From: Myxococcota bacterium
GTDB taxonomy: Bacteria; Myxococcota_A; UBA796; GCA-2862545
Length of the DNA: 29,243 nucleotides
Reading direction: 5' to 3'
Assembly (NCBI GenBank): GCA_039208735.1
Contig: JBCCQY010000113.1
Coordinates: 1-29,243 of the forward strand
A program made the position numbers and the translations under genes. Position 1 is the first letter of the stretch; every line of letters starts with the position of its first letter. Of this stretch, positions 8,814 to 16,616 are shown in pieces. A model generated the notes under the pieces. It made no database searches. It was given only the letters and a program-made list of their open reading frames with translations, and was not told the origin of the DNA.

Positions 8814-9256
8814 GGCGTTGTGGGTCCTGCGGGCGACGGCCGACTGGATTGCCCGAATGACGGAATCGCACATCAGGGCTCGCCATCGACGAGCACCAGC
8901 GAAGCGCCTGGGTTCTGGCGACCCAGAACCCTGACTACCCGCACCTCATCGTCTTCGACTCGGAAGTAGATCGCGTGGCGGTGGGGTCGACTCGGTAGAA
9001 GGTGAGCTCGTTGTACAAGGGCAAGTACCGAGTTGAGAACTGGCTATCCTACGAGCAGTCGCTCCGTCGACGAGGCCCGGTTCACGTTGTGGCTCACGCC
9101 AGCACTGCTCGACGCTCCGCATCGGAGCCGACCTTTGGAGGTCGAATCCGAGCGCGCCATCCAGAAGCCCAGCATGCGGAGGTTCTCACTTGCTGCAACC
9201 TCCTGAATCGCTTTACGAGCCTTGGGATGCCCGAATCCATTCGCGTTGGAGCCTAA
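8814..9256 (+). mobile_element. Miniature IS5-family (IS903 group) remnant; ORF 9002-9256 fuses transposase N- and C-termini
   Basis: Left end GGCGTTGTGG at 8814. YKGKYRVENWLSYEQSLRRRG is joined in frame to TFGGRIRARHPE..CNLLNRFTSLGMPESIRV, homologous to the 5882-6698 element. The right end was not identified. Confidence 0.85.
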
Positions 9257-9459
9257 AGTCCGCCGAGGGTCCATCATGATGAGGCCACCCGCCCGCGATG
9301 TCGACTTCCACAGCCTCGAGGTTCGCGACCGCTCGAACGATGTTGACGTAGGAGAGGTCCTTCGATCGGTCCCGTTCGTGGAAGACACACAGGATGCCCG
9401 TAGGGCGCGAGCCAGGACGACCTCGTCCGCTGCGCCCTCGAGCGGCAATTTGCTCCAAA

Positions 9460-10482
9460 TCAAATGCTTGCCTTTGACTCGATCAATCGTTCTTGGGGGG
9501 CGCGTGAGGTGGCGGGTGTCGCCAAGACGCCGATCGATGACGTGAAACGCCCCCGGTGCGCGGTCGGGGTGATGCCGAAGGCTCTCGCGAACGCGCGATG
9601 GAATGTCTCGGAACTCGAAAATCCGCAGCGGGCCGCAATCTGCTTGATCGGCGTCGGCGACCCCTCCAGCAGTCGCTTGGCGGCTTCGAGCCGAACGTGC
9701 TGAACCCAGGCGCCCGGTGGAGTCCCCACCTCGCGAGCGAAGACCCTTGCGAAGTGCCGAGGACTCATCGCCGCCCGTCGGGCCAGAGAGGGCACGGACA
9801 AATCCTCCTCGAGGTGCTCGTGGACCCAGTGCACGAGATCGGCGAGGGGACCTTGGGGCACGGCCTGTGCGGCGAGAGCCGCGCTGAACTGGCGCTGTCC
9901 ACCCGGGCGGCGAAGGTACATCACGAGCCAACGCGCGACCTCGAGCGCAAGCTCGGCTCCGTGGTCCTCCTCGACCAAGGCGAGCGCGAGGTCCATGCCC
10001 GCCGTGACCCCCGCTGAGGTCCACACATTGCCGTCGCGAACGAAGATCGGGCCACGCTCGACACGGCACGAGCCCTCCGAGGCGACGAGCGCGTCGTACG
10101 CCGCCCAGTGGGTGGTCGCACGTCGGTCGGTCAGCAGCCCCACGCGGGCGAGGAGCATCGCGCCCGTACACACGCCCACCACCCGCCTGGCGAGCCTCGC
10201 GAGCCGGGGCGGCTCCGCCACGATGGCATCTGGAACGGTAGAGGCGCGGATTCCGCCCGGCACGATCAGCGTGTCGAAGGGCTCGGTGATGGCGGACACG
10301 GCGCGGGAGGCAACGAGGGCGATGCCGCCAGCCGTAGTGACTGGTCCGGGCTGGTCCGCAACAATGGCCACGTCGTAGGCGCCGCCGAGACGGGCCGCCG
10401 CTGTCAACACGTTGATGGGCCCCGTCACGTCGAGCAGCTCGACCTGCTCGTAGGCCACAACACGAATGGCAGGATTCGACAT
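9460..10482 (-). CDS. GlxA-family transcriptional regulator (DJ-1/PfpI-like domain + AraC HTH), 340 aa
   Basis: LLDVTGP, GVCTGA, ATTHW, WTSAGVTAGMDLAL, RRPGGQRQFS, AMSPRHFARVF, IAARCGF. The start is reassigned to MSNPAIR, shorter than the ORF-track call. Confidence 0.95.
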   Translation of the reverse strand: MSNPAIRVVAYEQVELLDVTGPINVLTAAARLGGAYDVAIVADQPGPVTTAGGIALVASRAVSAITEPFDTLIVPGGIRASTVPDAIVAEPPRLARLARRVVGVCTGAMLLARVGLLTDRRATTHWAAYDALVASEGSCRVERGPIFVRDGNVWTSAGVTAGMDLALALVEEDHGAELALEVARWLVMYLRRPGGQRQFSAALAAQAVPQGPLADLVHWVHEHLEEDLSVPSLARRAAMSPRHFARVFAREVGTPPGAWVQHVRLEAAKRLLEGSPTPIKQIAARCGFSSSETFHRAFARAFGITPTAHRGRFTSSIGVLATPATSRAPQERLIESKASI

Positions 10483-10539
10483 CTTCTCGTCATACCGCCA
10501 CGACCAAAGGTCCGCTACGACGATGATGAAGGAGAGACC

Positions 10540-11262
10540 ATGCAGATTGCGTTCGTGGTGTACCCGGGGATGACAGTGCTCGATGCGATCGGGCCGTACG
10601 AGGTGTTCAACTGCCTGCCCAGCCGCGAGCTGCGGTTCGTGTGGAAGAAGGTGGGACCGGTGGTCGCCGACAGCGGGCGACTGGTCCTCGGGGCAACCCA
10701 CACCTTTGAGGAGACTCCGCAGCCCGATCTTGTGATCGTGCCAGGGTCGACGGCCGACACCCCGACGGTCATGGCTGACGGTGCGTTGCTGGAGTGGCTC
10801 CGGGCGGTGCACCCGAACACCCGTTTCACGACCTCGGTGTGTTCGGGGGCGATGATCCTCGCCGCCGCAGGTCTGTTGGAGGGCCATCGGGCAACCACCC
10901 ATTGGGCGGCGATGCCAATGCTCCAGCGATTCGGTGCGCAAGCAGAGCGCGACGAGCGAGTCGTGCAATCCGGGAAGATCTGGACAGCCGCAGGCGTCTC
11001 CGCCGGCATCGATCTCGCGCTGCGACTGGTCGAGGCGCTCGAAGGCCAGGACGAAGCAGAGATCGCACAGCTGTTGATCGAGTACGATCCGCAGCCCCCG
11101 TTCGACGCGGGCCACCTTTCACGAGCCCGGCCCGAGATCAGGAAGGTGGCGCAGAGGCGTCTCGCGGCCGCAGGGACGAATCCAAGGGCATTGCTCTCGG
11201 TCCCCACGATCCTGCTTCGGCGGTGGAGCCAGACCCTGTTCCGAACTCGGCGACGAGGCTGA
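10540..11262 (+). CDS. DJ-1/PfpI family protein (isonitrile hydratase-like subgroup), 240 aa
   Basis: MQIAFVVYPGMTVLDAIGPYEV, SVCSGA (catalytic Cys), ATTHW, TAAGVSAGID, IEYDPQPPFDAG. AAGGAG RBS. Divergent from the GlxA regulator. Confidence 0.95.
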   Translation: MQIAFVVYPGMTVLDAIGPYEVFNCLPSRELRFVWKKVGPVVADSGRLVLGATHTFEETPQPDLVIVPGSTADTPTVMADGALLEWLRAVHPNTRFTTSVCSGAMILAAAGLLEGHRATTHWAAMPMLQRFGAQAERDERVVQSGKIWTAAGVSAGIDLALRLVEALEGQDEAEIAQLLIEYDPQPPFDAGHLSRARPEIRKVAQRRLAAAGTNPRALLSVPTILLRRWSQTLFRTRRRG

Positions 11263-11278
11263 CTCCGCCCTTGGGAAG

Positions 11279-12241
11279 TTGATGCGATACCAATTCCTCG
11301 AACTACGGGCGCGAAAATCTGGTCAACTGGAACCCGGATACCAGCGAGGAGGCACATTGTTTGCATTCGCGTTAAGTATATTAGCAGAAGCGTGCATCTT
11401 TCATCCTCCGCCGCTGACTGCAATACCGATTCCGCCAAACGGCACACGAGGGGTTCCCACCGACGTCGTACCGGCAGTGTTGTTCGCCGGTAGTCAAGCA
11501 ACGGGAGATCCGAACACCGAGCTTCGATTATTCGGAAGTGAAGTACGACTCACAGATGCGAACAACGTTGAAGTTGAAGCTGAACGGCGCCTCGCAGGGA
11601 TACGGGTCACGCTCCAGCCGAGGACAGAGCTGGAACCTGGCAAGAAATACAGGATACAACGCCTGTTCTATTGGGCAAAGGATGGAAGCAGGCTCGATGA
11701 GAACACTCGAGCCAACATGCAAGGCATGGAAAAATTCCAATTCGATACCAGGTTGTCCGAAGAGGAAAGAGCGTCAATCCGGGAAGTGCAAAATGCCAAG
11801 TCAGTATGGCACACGATTTCTACGTTCCGCACCGCTCGTCGAGCGGATACAGCCCCTCGCCCAACGATAACCATCGATAGTGTCGTAGTACGATATGAGG
11901 AACCTGCGTCAGTGTGCATTGATGCACAACTGGACGTGGTGCTATCATTGAGTCATCCGCTGCCACCTTGGGCTTGGATCGATTTGATTCAGCCAGGTCG
12001 CGGCATCATCGAGTCCCTCATCCCCGAGGATGAAATCTTCGCGATTAACGTCGGTGACGGAGCGTTACGTGTCGATCCCATACAATTTTCCCCCGATGCG
12101 GACCTGAGACTCGAAGCACACGTCTCCGGACGTCGAGCACGCGAGCGTTCAGACCTTTGGACAGTCCGAGCCAGGCCAAACGGACCTGTTGACCCCGCTA
12201 GAGTTGACATCGGACTGGTTGGGGCAACGCATTCGCAGTGA
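11279..12241 (+). CDS. Hypothetical exported protein with an Ig-like (Big_5/SbsA-like) N-terminal domain; start uncertain
   Basis: A hydrophobic stretch ends in AEAC. PPNGTRGVPTD...RLTD...VTLQPRTELEPGKKYRI matches the Big_5 pattern. Confidence 0.65.
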   Translation: MMRYQFLELRARKSGQLEPGYQRGGTLFAFALSILAEACIFHPPPLTAIPIPPNGTRGVPTDVVPAVLFAGSQATGDPNTELRLFGSEVRLTDANNVEVEAERRLAGIRVTLQPRTELEPGKKYRIQRLFYWAKDGSRLDENTRANMQGMEKFQFDTRLSEEERASIREVQNAKSVWHTISTFRTARRADTAPRPTITIDSVVVRYEEPASVCIDAQLDVVLSLSHPLPPWAWIDLIQPGRGIIESLIPEDEIFAINVGDGALRVDPIQFSPDADLRLEAHVSGRRARERSDLWTVRARPNGPVDPARVDIGLVGATHSQ

Positions 12242-12315
12242 GTCCTCGACTTCAGGAATGTGGACTGCGGTGCCGATCCGGGCTGTTCGATGCCATTGAA
12301 GGCAATGACCGGCAA

Positions 12316-12438
12316 CGATTTCCACCACAACGCGGCGGTGGTTCATGGATGGCCGGGGTGGTAGGGCACTTGGACGGCCCGCCTACGACCAGGCGCTTCG
12401 ACGGCGCGGAGAGAGCGCAGCGATCTACGCCACAACGC
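12316..12438. repeat. Two 18-bp direct repeats resembling orphan IS903-group termini
   Basis: CGATTTCCACCACAACGC (12316-12333) and CGATCTACGCCACAACGC (12421-12438) are 15/18 identical. Both share CCACAACGC with the IS ends at 1656 and 6698. Confidence 0.55.
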
Positions 12439-12487
12439 TCGTCCGACGCGTCGGCCACCTGTCCTGAACGAACCTCGGCCGCGGGCA

Positions 12488-12540
12488 TTGACACCCTGGC
12501 TCGACTGCCCTACAACCACCCGAAATGAAACTCATTTTCA
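12488..12540 (+). promoter_or_regulatory. Sigma70-type promoter followed by a Fur-box-like operator
   Basis: TTGACA (12488-12493), a 17-bp spacer and TACAAC (12511-12516). Then CGAAATGAAACTCATTTTC (12521-12539), which has an AATGA-N3-TCATT core and matches GATAATGATAATCATTATC at 13/19. It lies upstream of a heme-uptake-type gene. Confidence 0.8.
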
Positions 12541-12577
12541 ACGTGGCGGGGAACGTGCGCAGCGAAGTGTGGCCTCC

Positions 12578-13441
12578 ATGGTGATGATGTTTGGCAGCCT
12601 GCTGACGGTGTCGCTGGTGGCGTGCATGACCTCTTCGGACGACCGGGTGAATGCGCCGCTGGAGGCTGGCGAGGATGCGCTACCGGCGAGGGTCGTGAGC
12701 CTGGCCCCCGCCATTACGCAGGTTGCGCTTCAGGTTCGGCCCGATGTGATTGTTGGTTACGACAACTACAGCGAGCGGCATCAGCATCGTGATCGCGTGA
12801 CGAACGTGGGAGACATGCGGGCGCTCGCCCCGGAGCCCATCTTGGCCTTGAAGCCTACGCTGGTCCTTCACAATGGTGGCGTACGACCCCCTGAGGTTCT
12901 CCAGGCCGTGCGGGCGGCCGGGGTGTCGGTCGTCGAGATTCCCCACGAGCGTTCGCTCGACGGTGTCCGCACCCTGATTCGCGAGACTGGCAAGGCGCTC
13001 GGGGCAGACACAGAGGGGGTCGTGGCCCGCTTCGACGCGTCGTGTGTGGACCTGCCCGACGCTCCCAGCCCCAAGCCCGGTGCGCTGTTCATCTACGTCC
13101 GAGATAACGCCACCATGAGCATGGCGGGCTCGGGCACGGCGGCCCACGCTATGATGACGCTCGCCGGGCTGAACAACGTGCTCGGCGACCGGGAGGGCTA
13201 CACCGCCATCACGGCGAAACCCACGCTGGATGCCCAGCCTGATTGGCTCGTCTTCACCACCAAGGGGCTGGGGCTCGCCGGCGGCGTCGAGGGCCTCGCG
13301 GGTGCTTCTGCGCTGGACGAGTTCAACGCCGTCCGAGAGGGTCGGGTGGCGTCAGTCGACGATTCCCAGCTGCTCGCCTTCGGCCTGGATACCTGCGAGG
13401 GCGTTCGCGCGCTGGCTCGTGCCGTTCGTCGCGTGCCCTGA
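12578..13441 (+). CDS. Heme/hemin ABC substrate-binding protein-like lipoprotein (HmuT/ShuT/PhuT family)
   Basis: Lipobox LVA-C. Motifs RVVSLAPAITQ, VGDMRALAPEPILALKPTLV, PPEVL, LFIY, AGSGTAAHAMMTLAG..N, QPD, GGVEG, LLAFG. The start is placed downstream of the promoter/Fur box. Confidence 0.85.
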   Translation: MVMMFGSLLTVSLVACMTSSDDRVNAPLEAGEDALPARVVSLAPAITQVALQVRPDVIVGYDNYSERHQHRDRVTNVGDMRALAPEPILALKPTLVLHNGGVRPPEVLQAVRAAGVSVVEIPHERSLDGVRTLIRETGKALGADTEGVVARFDASCVDLPDAPSPKPGALFIYVRDNATMSMAGSGTAAHAMMTLAGLNNVLGDREGYTAITAKPTLDAQPDWLVFTTKGLGLAGGVEGLAGASALDEFNAVREGRVASVDDSQLLAFGLDTCEGVRALARAVRRVP

Positions 13442-13493
13442 CCCTGCCATCGCCTCCACCCAGACGGAATGACTTAAACTCCCTGGAGAGACC

Positions 13494-14624
13494 GTGTCGC
13501 TGATTCTTTTCCTGTGTCCACTGACGTCATGGGCGGCCGACGATTCGGCGGACGCTTCCGCGGAGGAGTACGCGGCCCCCACGACCAAGGCCACGCCCTA
13601 CGTGTTCTCCTGGCCTGGCCACGAAGGGCAGGTGACGTTACGCGGCGGCACCACGAAGGGTCCCGAGACCACGCTGCTCGAGACGCCCAGCGAGGCTTGG
13701 ATCGCACTTCAGGAGGCCGACCTCGACCCCAAGGAGCGAGACCGCCGAGCGATCCTTGCCTTGGCCGGGGATTACCGCACGTCGTTCGACTTCTTAGAGA
13801 CCGAGGTGTTCAGCGGCGACGGCAAGCCGGCGAAGCCCTACCGGTCTTGGGGCACCGAGCGGGTTCACGTGGTGCAGGACGATGCCGACCGCATCGTTCT
13901 ACAGCACATCATGACGATGTACATCATCGACGACGATGGCAACCGGTCCGAGCCCATCGTCATGAAGCACTGGCGACAGGACTGGCAGTGGCAGCCCTCC
14001 ACCTTGCTCTCCTACGAAGGCATGGACCAGTTCGTCGTTCGGGAGGTGTCAGAGTCCGACCGGGCGGGTCGCTGGAGCCAGACTGCCTACCAGGTTGACG
14101 ACTCCCCGCGCTACGCGATGATCGGCACCTGGAACCACAGCGGGAGTTTCTCGGAGTGGGTCTCGGATCCCGCGTGGCGTCCCCTCCCTCGACGGGAGCG
14201 CTCGGTGCGCGACGACTACCAAGTCCTGGGGGGCTGGAACCGGATCACGGTGAACCCCACAGGGTGGGTCCACTTTCAGGACAACGTGAAGACGGTCCTG
14301 ACGGAGCCCGGAGTCGAGCATGCGGACGCGCCGGTCGTCGCGCGGGAGATCGGAGTGAATCGGTACCAGCGGATCGTCGACTTTGCGTTCGGACCGGGAG
14401 ACACCTACTGGGCGGCGACCGCTCCGTACTGGGAGATGGTCCGCGAGACCTGGCAGCCTCAGATCGACAAGGTGGGCACGTTCGTGGCGCACCGAACGTG
14501 TGACGAAAAGCCAGTCTTCGCGGCGTTCTTCGACCTCGCCACGCCGCTCGCCCAGGGCAAGCGCCTCAAGGCCAAGCGCACCCAACGCGAGATCGACGCC
14601 ATCGTGGCTTGTATGGCCGAGTAA
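13494..14624 (+). CDS. DUF6607-like secreted protein, 376 aa
   Basis: Signal peptide (SWA-A). Motifs DRRAILALAGDYRTSFDFLET, SWGTE, LQHI, KHWRQDW, QVDDSPRY, WRPLPRRE, GWVH..DN.K. GGAGA RBS. Confidence 0.85.
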   Translation: MSLILFLCPLTSWAADDSADASAEEYAAPTTKATPYVFSWPGHEGQVTLRGGTTKGPETTLLETPSEAWIALQEADLDPKERDRRAILALAGDYRTSFDFLETEVFSGDGKPAKPYRSWGTERVHVVQDDADRIVLQHIMTMYIIDDDGNRSEPIVMKHWRQDWQWQPSTLLSYEGMDQFVVREVSESDRAGRWSQTAYQVDDSPRYAMIGTWNHSGSFSEWVSDPAWRPLPRRERSVRDDYQVLGGWNRITVNPTGWVHFQDNVKTVLTEPGVEHADAPVVAREIGVNRYQRIVDFAFGPGDTYWAATAPYWEMVRETWQPQIDKVGTFVAHRTCDEKPVFAAFFDLATPLAQGKRLKAKRTQREIDAIVACMAE

Positions 14625-14692
14625 AGGCTCGTCTCGGTTCACGGAGCGTTGGTGCATCGTCGGGCGTATGCTGGGGTCCCGATGGAGGTGTC

Positions 14693-16327
14693 TTGACCCT
14701 ACGCCAAACTCGCTTGCCCATCGCTCCTGTGCTGCTCGTGGGGGTGATGTCACTCGGACCGACCTGCGACCCTCTCGACAACGATCCGTTTGTGTACTCC
14801 AGTGCGGACGAGCCACGGTTGTACATCGACCATCAGCCTCTCAATCCCGCAGTCGGAGACCAAATCACGTTCGCCCTCGACACCGAAGGCTTTGCGACCA
14901 CGAGTTCGGTCACCATCGATCTCATCGTTCCGGGACCCGGGGCTGTGGTCAAGACGTGTACGTTGAGCACGGCAGGGGATTGCTCCGTGACCGAAATCGG
15001 CTCATCGAAGGGGGCTGGTTTTTACAACGCAACCGTTGTCGGAACGAATGCCGCAGGGGCCATGGTCACCGTGACCTCAGGGCATGGCTTCCTCTTCGAA
15101 GTCGGCCGACCCGACAATGATCCCCTGACCGATAGCTTTGCAGTATTCCCCCTTCGGGTGCCGGTTGTGGATGACGGAATGCTGGAGGTGGTCCTCGCCC
15201 ATGACCCAGGGCGTCCGGTAGGCTACGACGAAAACACCGCAATCGCGGACCTTGAAACGATCCTCTATGATTACCTGTTCGAAGATCCCATTTACCGGTG
15301 GCGGTCGACTCAGGTGGCGTTTTGGTACGCTCGCCGACCCGCCTTCACCCGACCCTACAACGAAGGTTGGGACACCCGGTGCGGACAGAAGCCGTTTCCG
15401 GACAAGCTTCACGCGGGGGCTTTACCAGATGGCCTCGAGCAGTACGAGGTGCTCGGTGTCATCCATCGCAACGGAGGCCCGGGTGGGGTTTCCGACCCTA
15501 TCGACGGTCCAACCTCGAGCTACCGAGACTGCGCCGGAGTGGTCGCCGGGCCTGATCCGCTGGGCTCGTTTTCCGCACATGGTCAGCGTCCTCTGACGTT
15601 CATGCATGAGCTTGGTCACGCTGGATACGAGCTTAGCGACGAGTATACCGAGGAGGAGTCCACGCGTCGGGTGAATCCTGGCCTGCCTCCTCACCCTCCG
15701 CTGTCGTGTTGTTGCTGCAATACGCCGGAGCCATCCACCGGGTTTCCGTCCCTGGGCACCCTGTCGTGTGTGGGTGAGGCAACCGGAGGAGGCTTTTGTC
15801 CTCCGGACGCTCCACCGTGCGCGATTCCAGGTTTTCCGGGATCTGCGTTCGTCGGCGACCCAGAGTGCTATGAGACACCGCAGGCGTCTTGCCCGCCCGT
15901 CATCGCGGGCTCCTGTCTCGATGAGTTTGGCACGATTGTCCTGCCGACGGGAGACCCGATTCGCAACGCGTTTGCGAGCCTTGCGGAATGCACTGCTAAT
16001 CTGACCGCGGCCTTGGCCTTCCCAGGGCAGGAGATCGACCCCACCATTCCGGCCACCATGTGTCGCCCACTGTGTGGCCCGAGCACCGATGCGACCTGCC
16101 CATGCGGAACTACGACGGATGAAGTGTGGATCGTTGATCGGAATCCCATCCCACTGCTAGCGGGCGGCGTTACGTCCCCGACCGACGACGTCATGGGGGT
16201 TGGAGGCACGAGTACCTCGGGCCATGGGTGGACTGATGAACACTGCATGGATGTTCGAAACTGCCTGAATTGGGAACTCGCACGCGGTCGAACGCAAGCT
16301 CAGGCCGAGTCGCACTGCCTTCCGTAG
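14693..16327 (+). CDS. Exported Cys-rich zinc metallopeptidase-like protein (M64-like), probable lipoprotein, 544 aa
   Basis: GGAGG precedes a TTG at 14693. The signal ends in SLGPT-C. An Ig-like N-domain is followed by the zinc motif HELGHAGYELSDEY and a Met-turn-like DDVMG. 23 Cys counted. Confidence 0.8.
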   Translation: MTLRQTRLPIAPVLLVGVMSLGPTCDPLDNDPFVYSSADEPRLYIDHQPLNPAVGDQITFALDTEGFATTSSVTIDLIVPGPGAVVKTCTLSTAGDCSVTEIGSSKGAGFYNATVVGTNAAGAMVTVTSGHGFLFEVGRPDNDPLTDSFAVFPLRVPVVDDGMLEVVLAHDPGRPVGYDENTAIADLETILYDYLFEDPIYRWRSTQVAFWYARRPAFTRPYNEGWDTRCGQKPFPDKLHAGALPDGLEQYEVLGVIHRNGGPGGVSDPIDGPTSSYRDCAGVVAGPDPLGSFSAHGQRPLTFMHELGHAGYELSDEYTEEESTRRVNPGLPPHPPLSCCCCNTPEPSTGFPSLGTLSCVGEATGGGFCPPDAPPCAIPGFPGSAFVGDPECYETPQASCPPVIAGSCLDEFGTIVLPTGDPIRNAFASLAECTANLTAALAFPGQEIDPTIPATMCRPLCGPSTDATCPCGTTTDEVWIVDRNPIPLLAGGVTSPTDDVMGVGGTSTSGHGWTDEHCMDVRNCLNWELARGRTQAQAESHCLP

Positions 16328-16616
16328 CACGAACCTCGCCTGCAACTTAAGGAGCCGGAGCAGCCTACCCGGGACCGGAAGAGTCGAGGCCCATGCAGAC
16401 CAACTCGACCAAGATCAGGACGCGGTCGGGGACGTGTGCGACGGTGCGGTCAGCGAGGTTGGGTGCCGACGCCAAGCCGAGGCGGCAGCCCCGTAAGCAA
16501 CCCCTGGGGGTTTTCAATGCCCCGGGGGATTGACAAACTCGGACCCGTGAAGATTCGCATGATCGTGCGATAGTGCGCACTGCTGGTTCGGCCCATTCTC
16601 TTCACGAGGAGGGCCG

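Noticed and set aside
9213..9458. Minus-strand fragment ..LSYVNIVRAVANLEAVEVDIAGGWPHHDGP..
   Set aside because: Looks somewhat protein-like and may be a gene remnant cut by the IS, but I cannot assign a family.
10483..11115. N-terminal extensions of the GlxA (551 aa) and DJ-1 (384 aa) ORFs suggesting overlapping genes
   Set aside because: The family-typical starts at 10482 and 10540 give an ordinary divergent pair. The extensions are antisense read-through.
12488..12577. TTG start at 12488 for the binding protein
   Set aside because: This TTG is the -35 hexamer. The segment holds the promoter and Fur-like box, and the signal peptide begins later.
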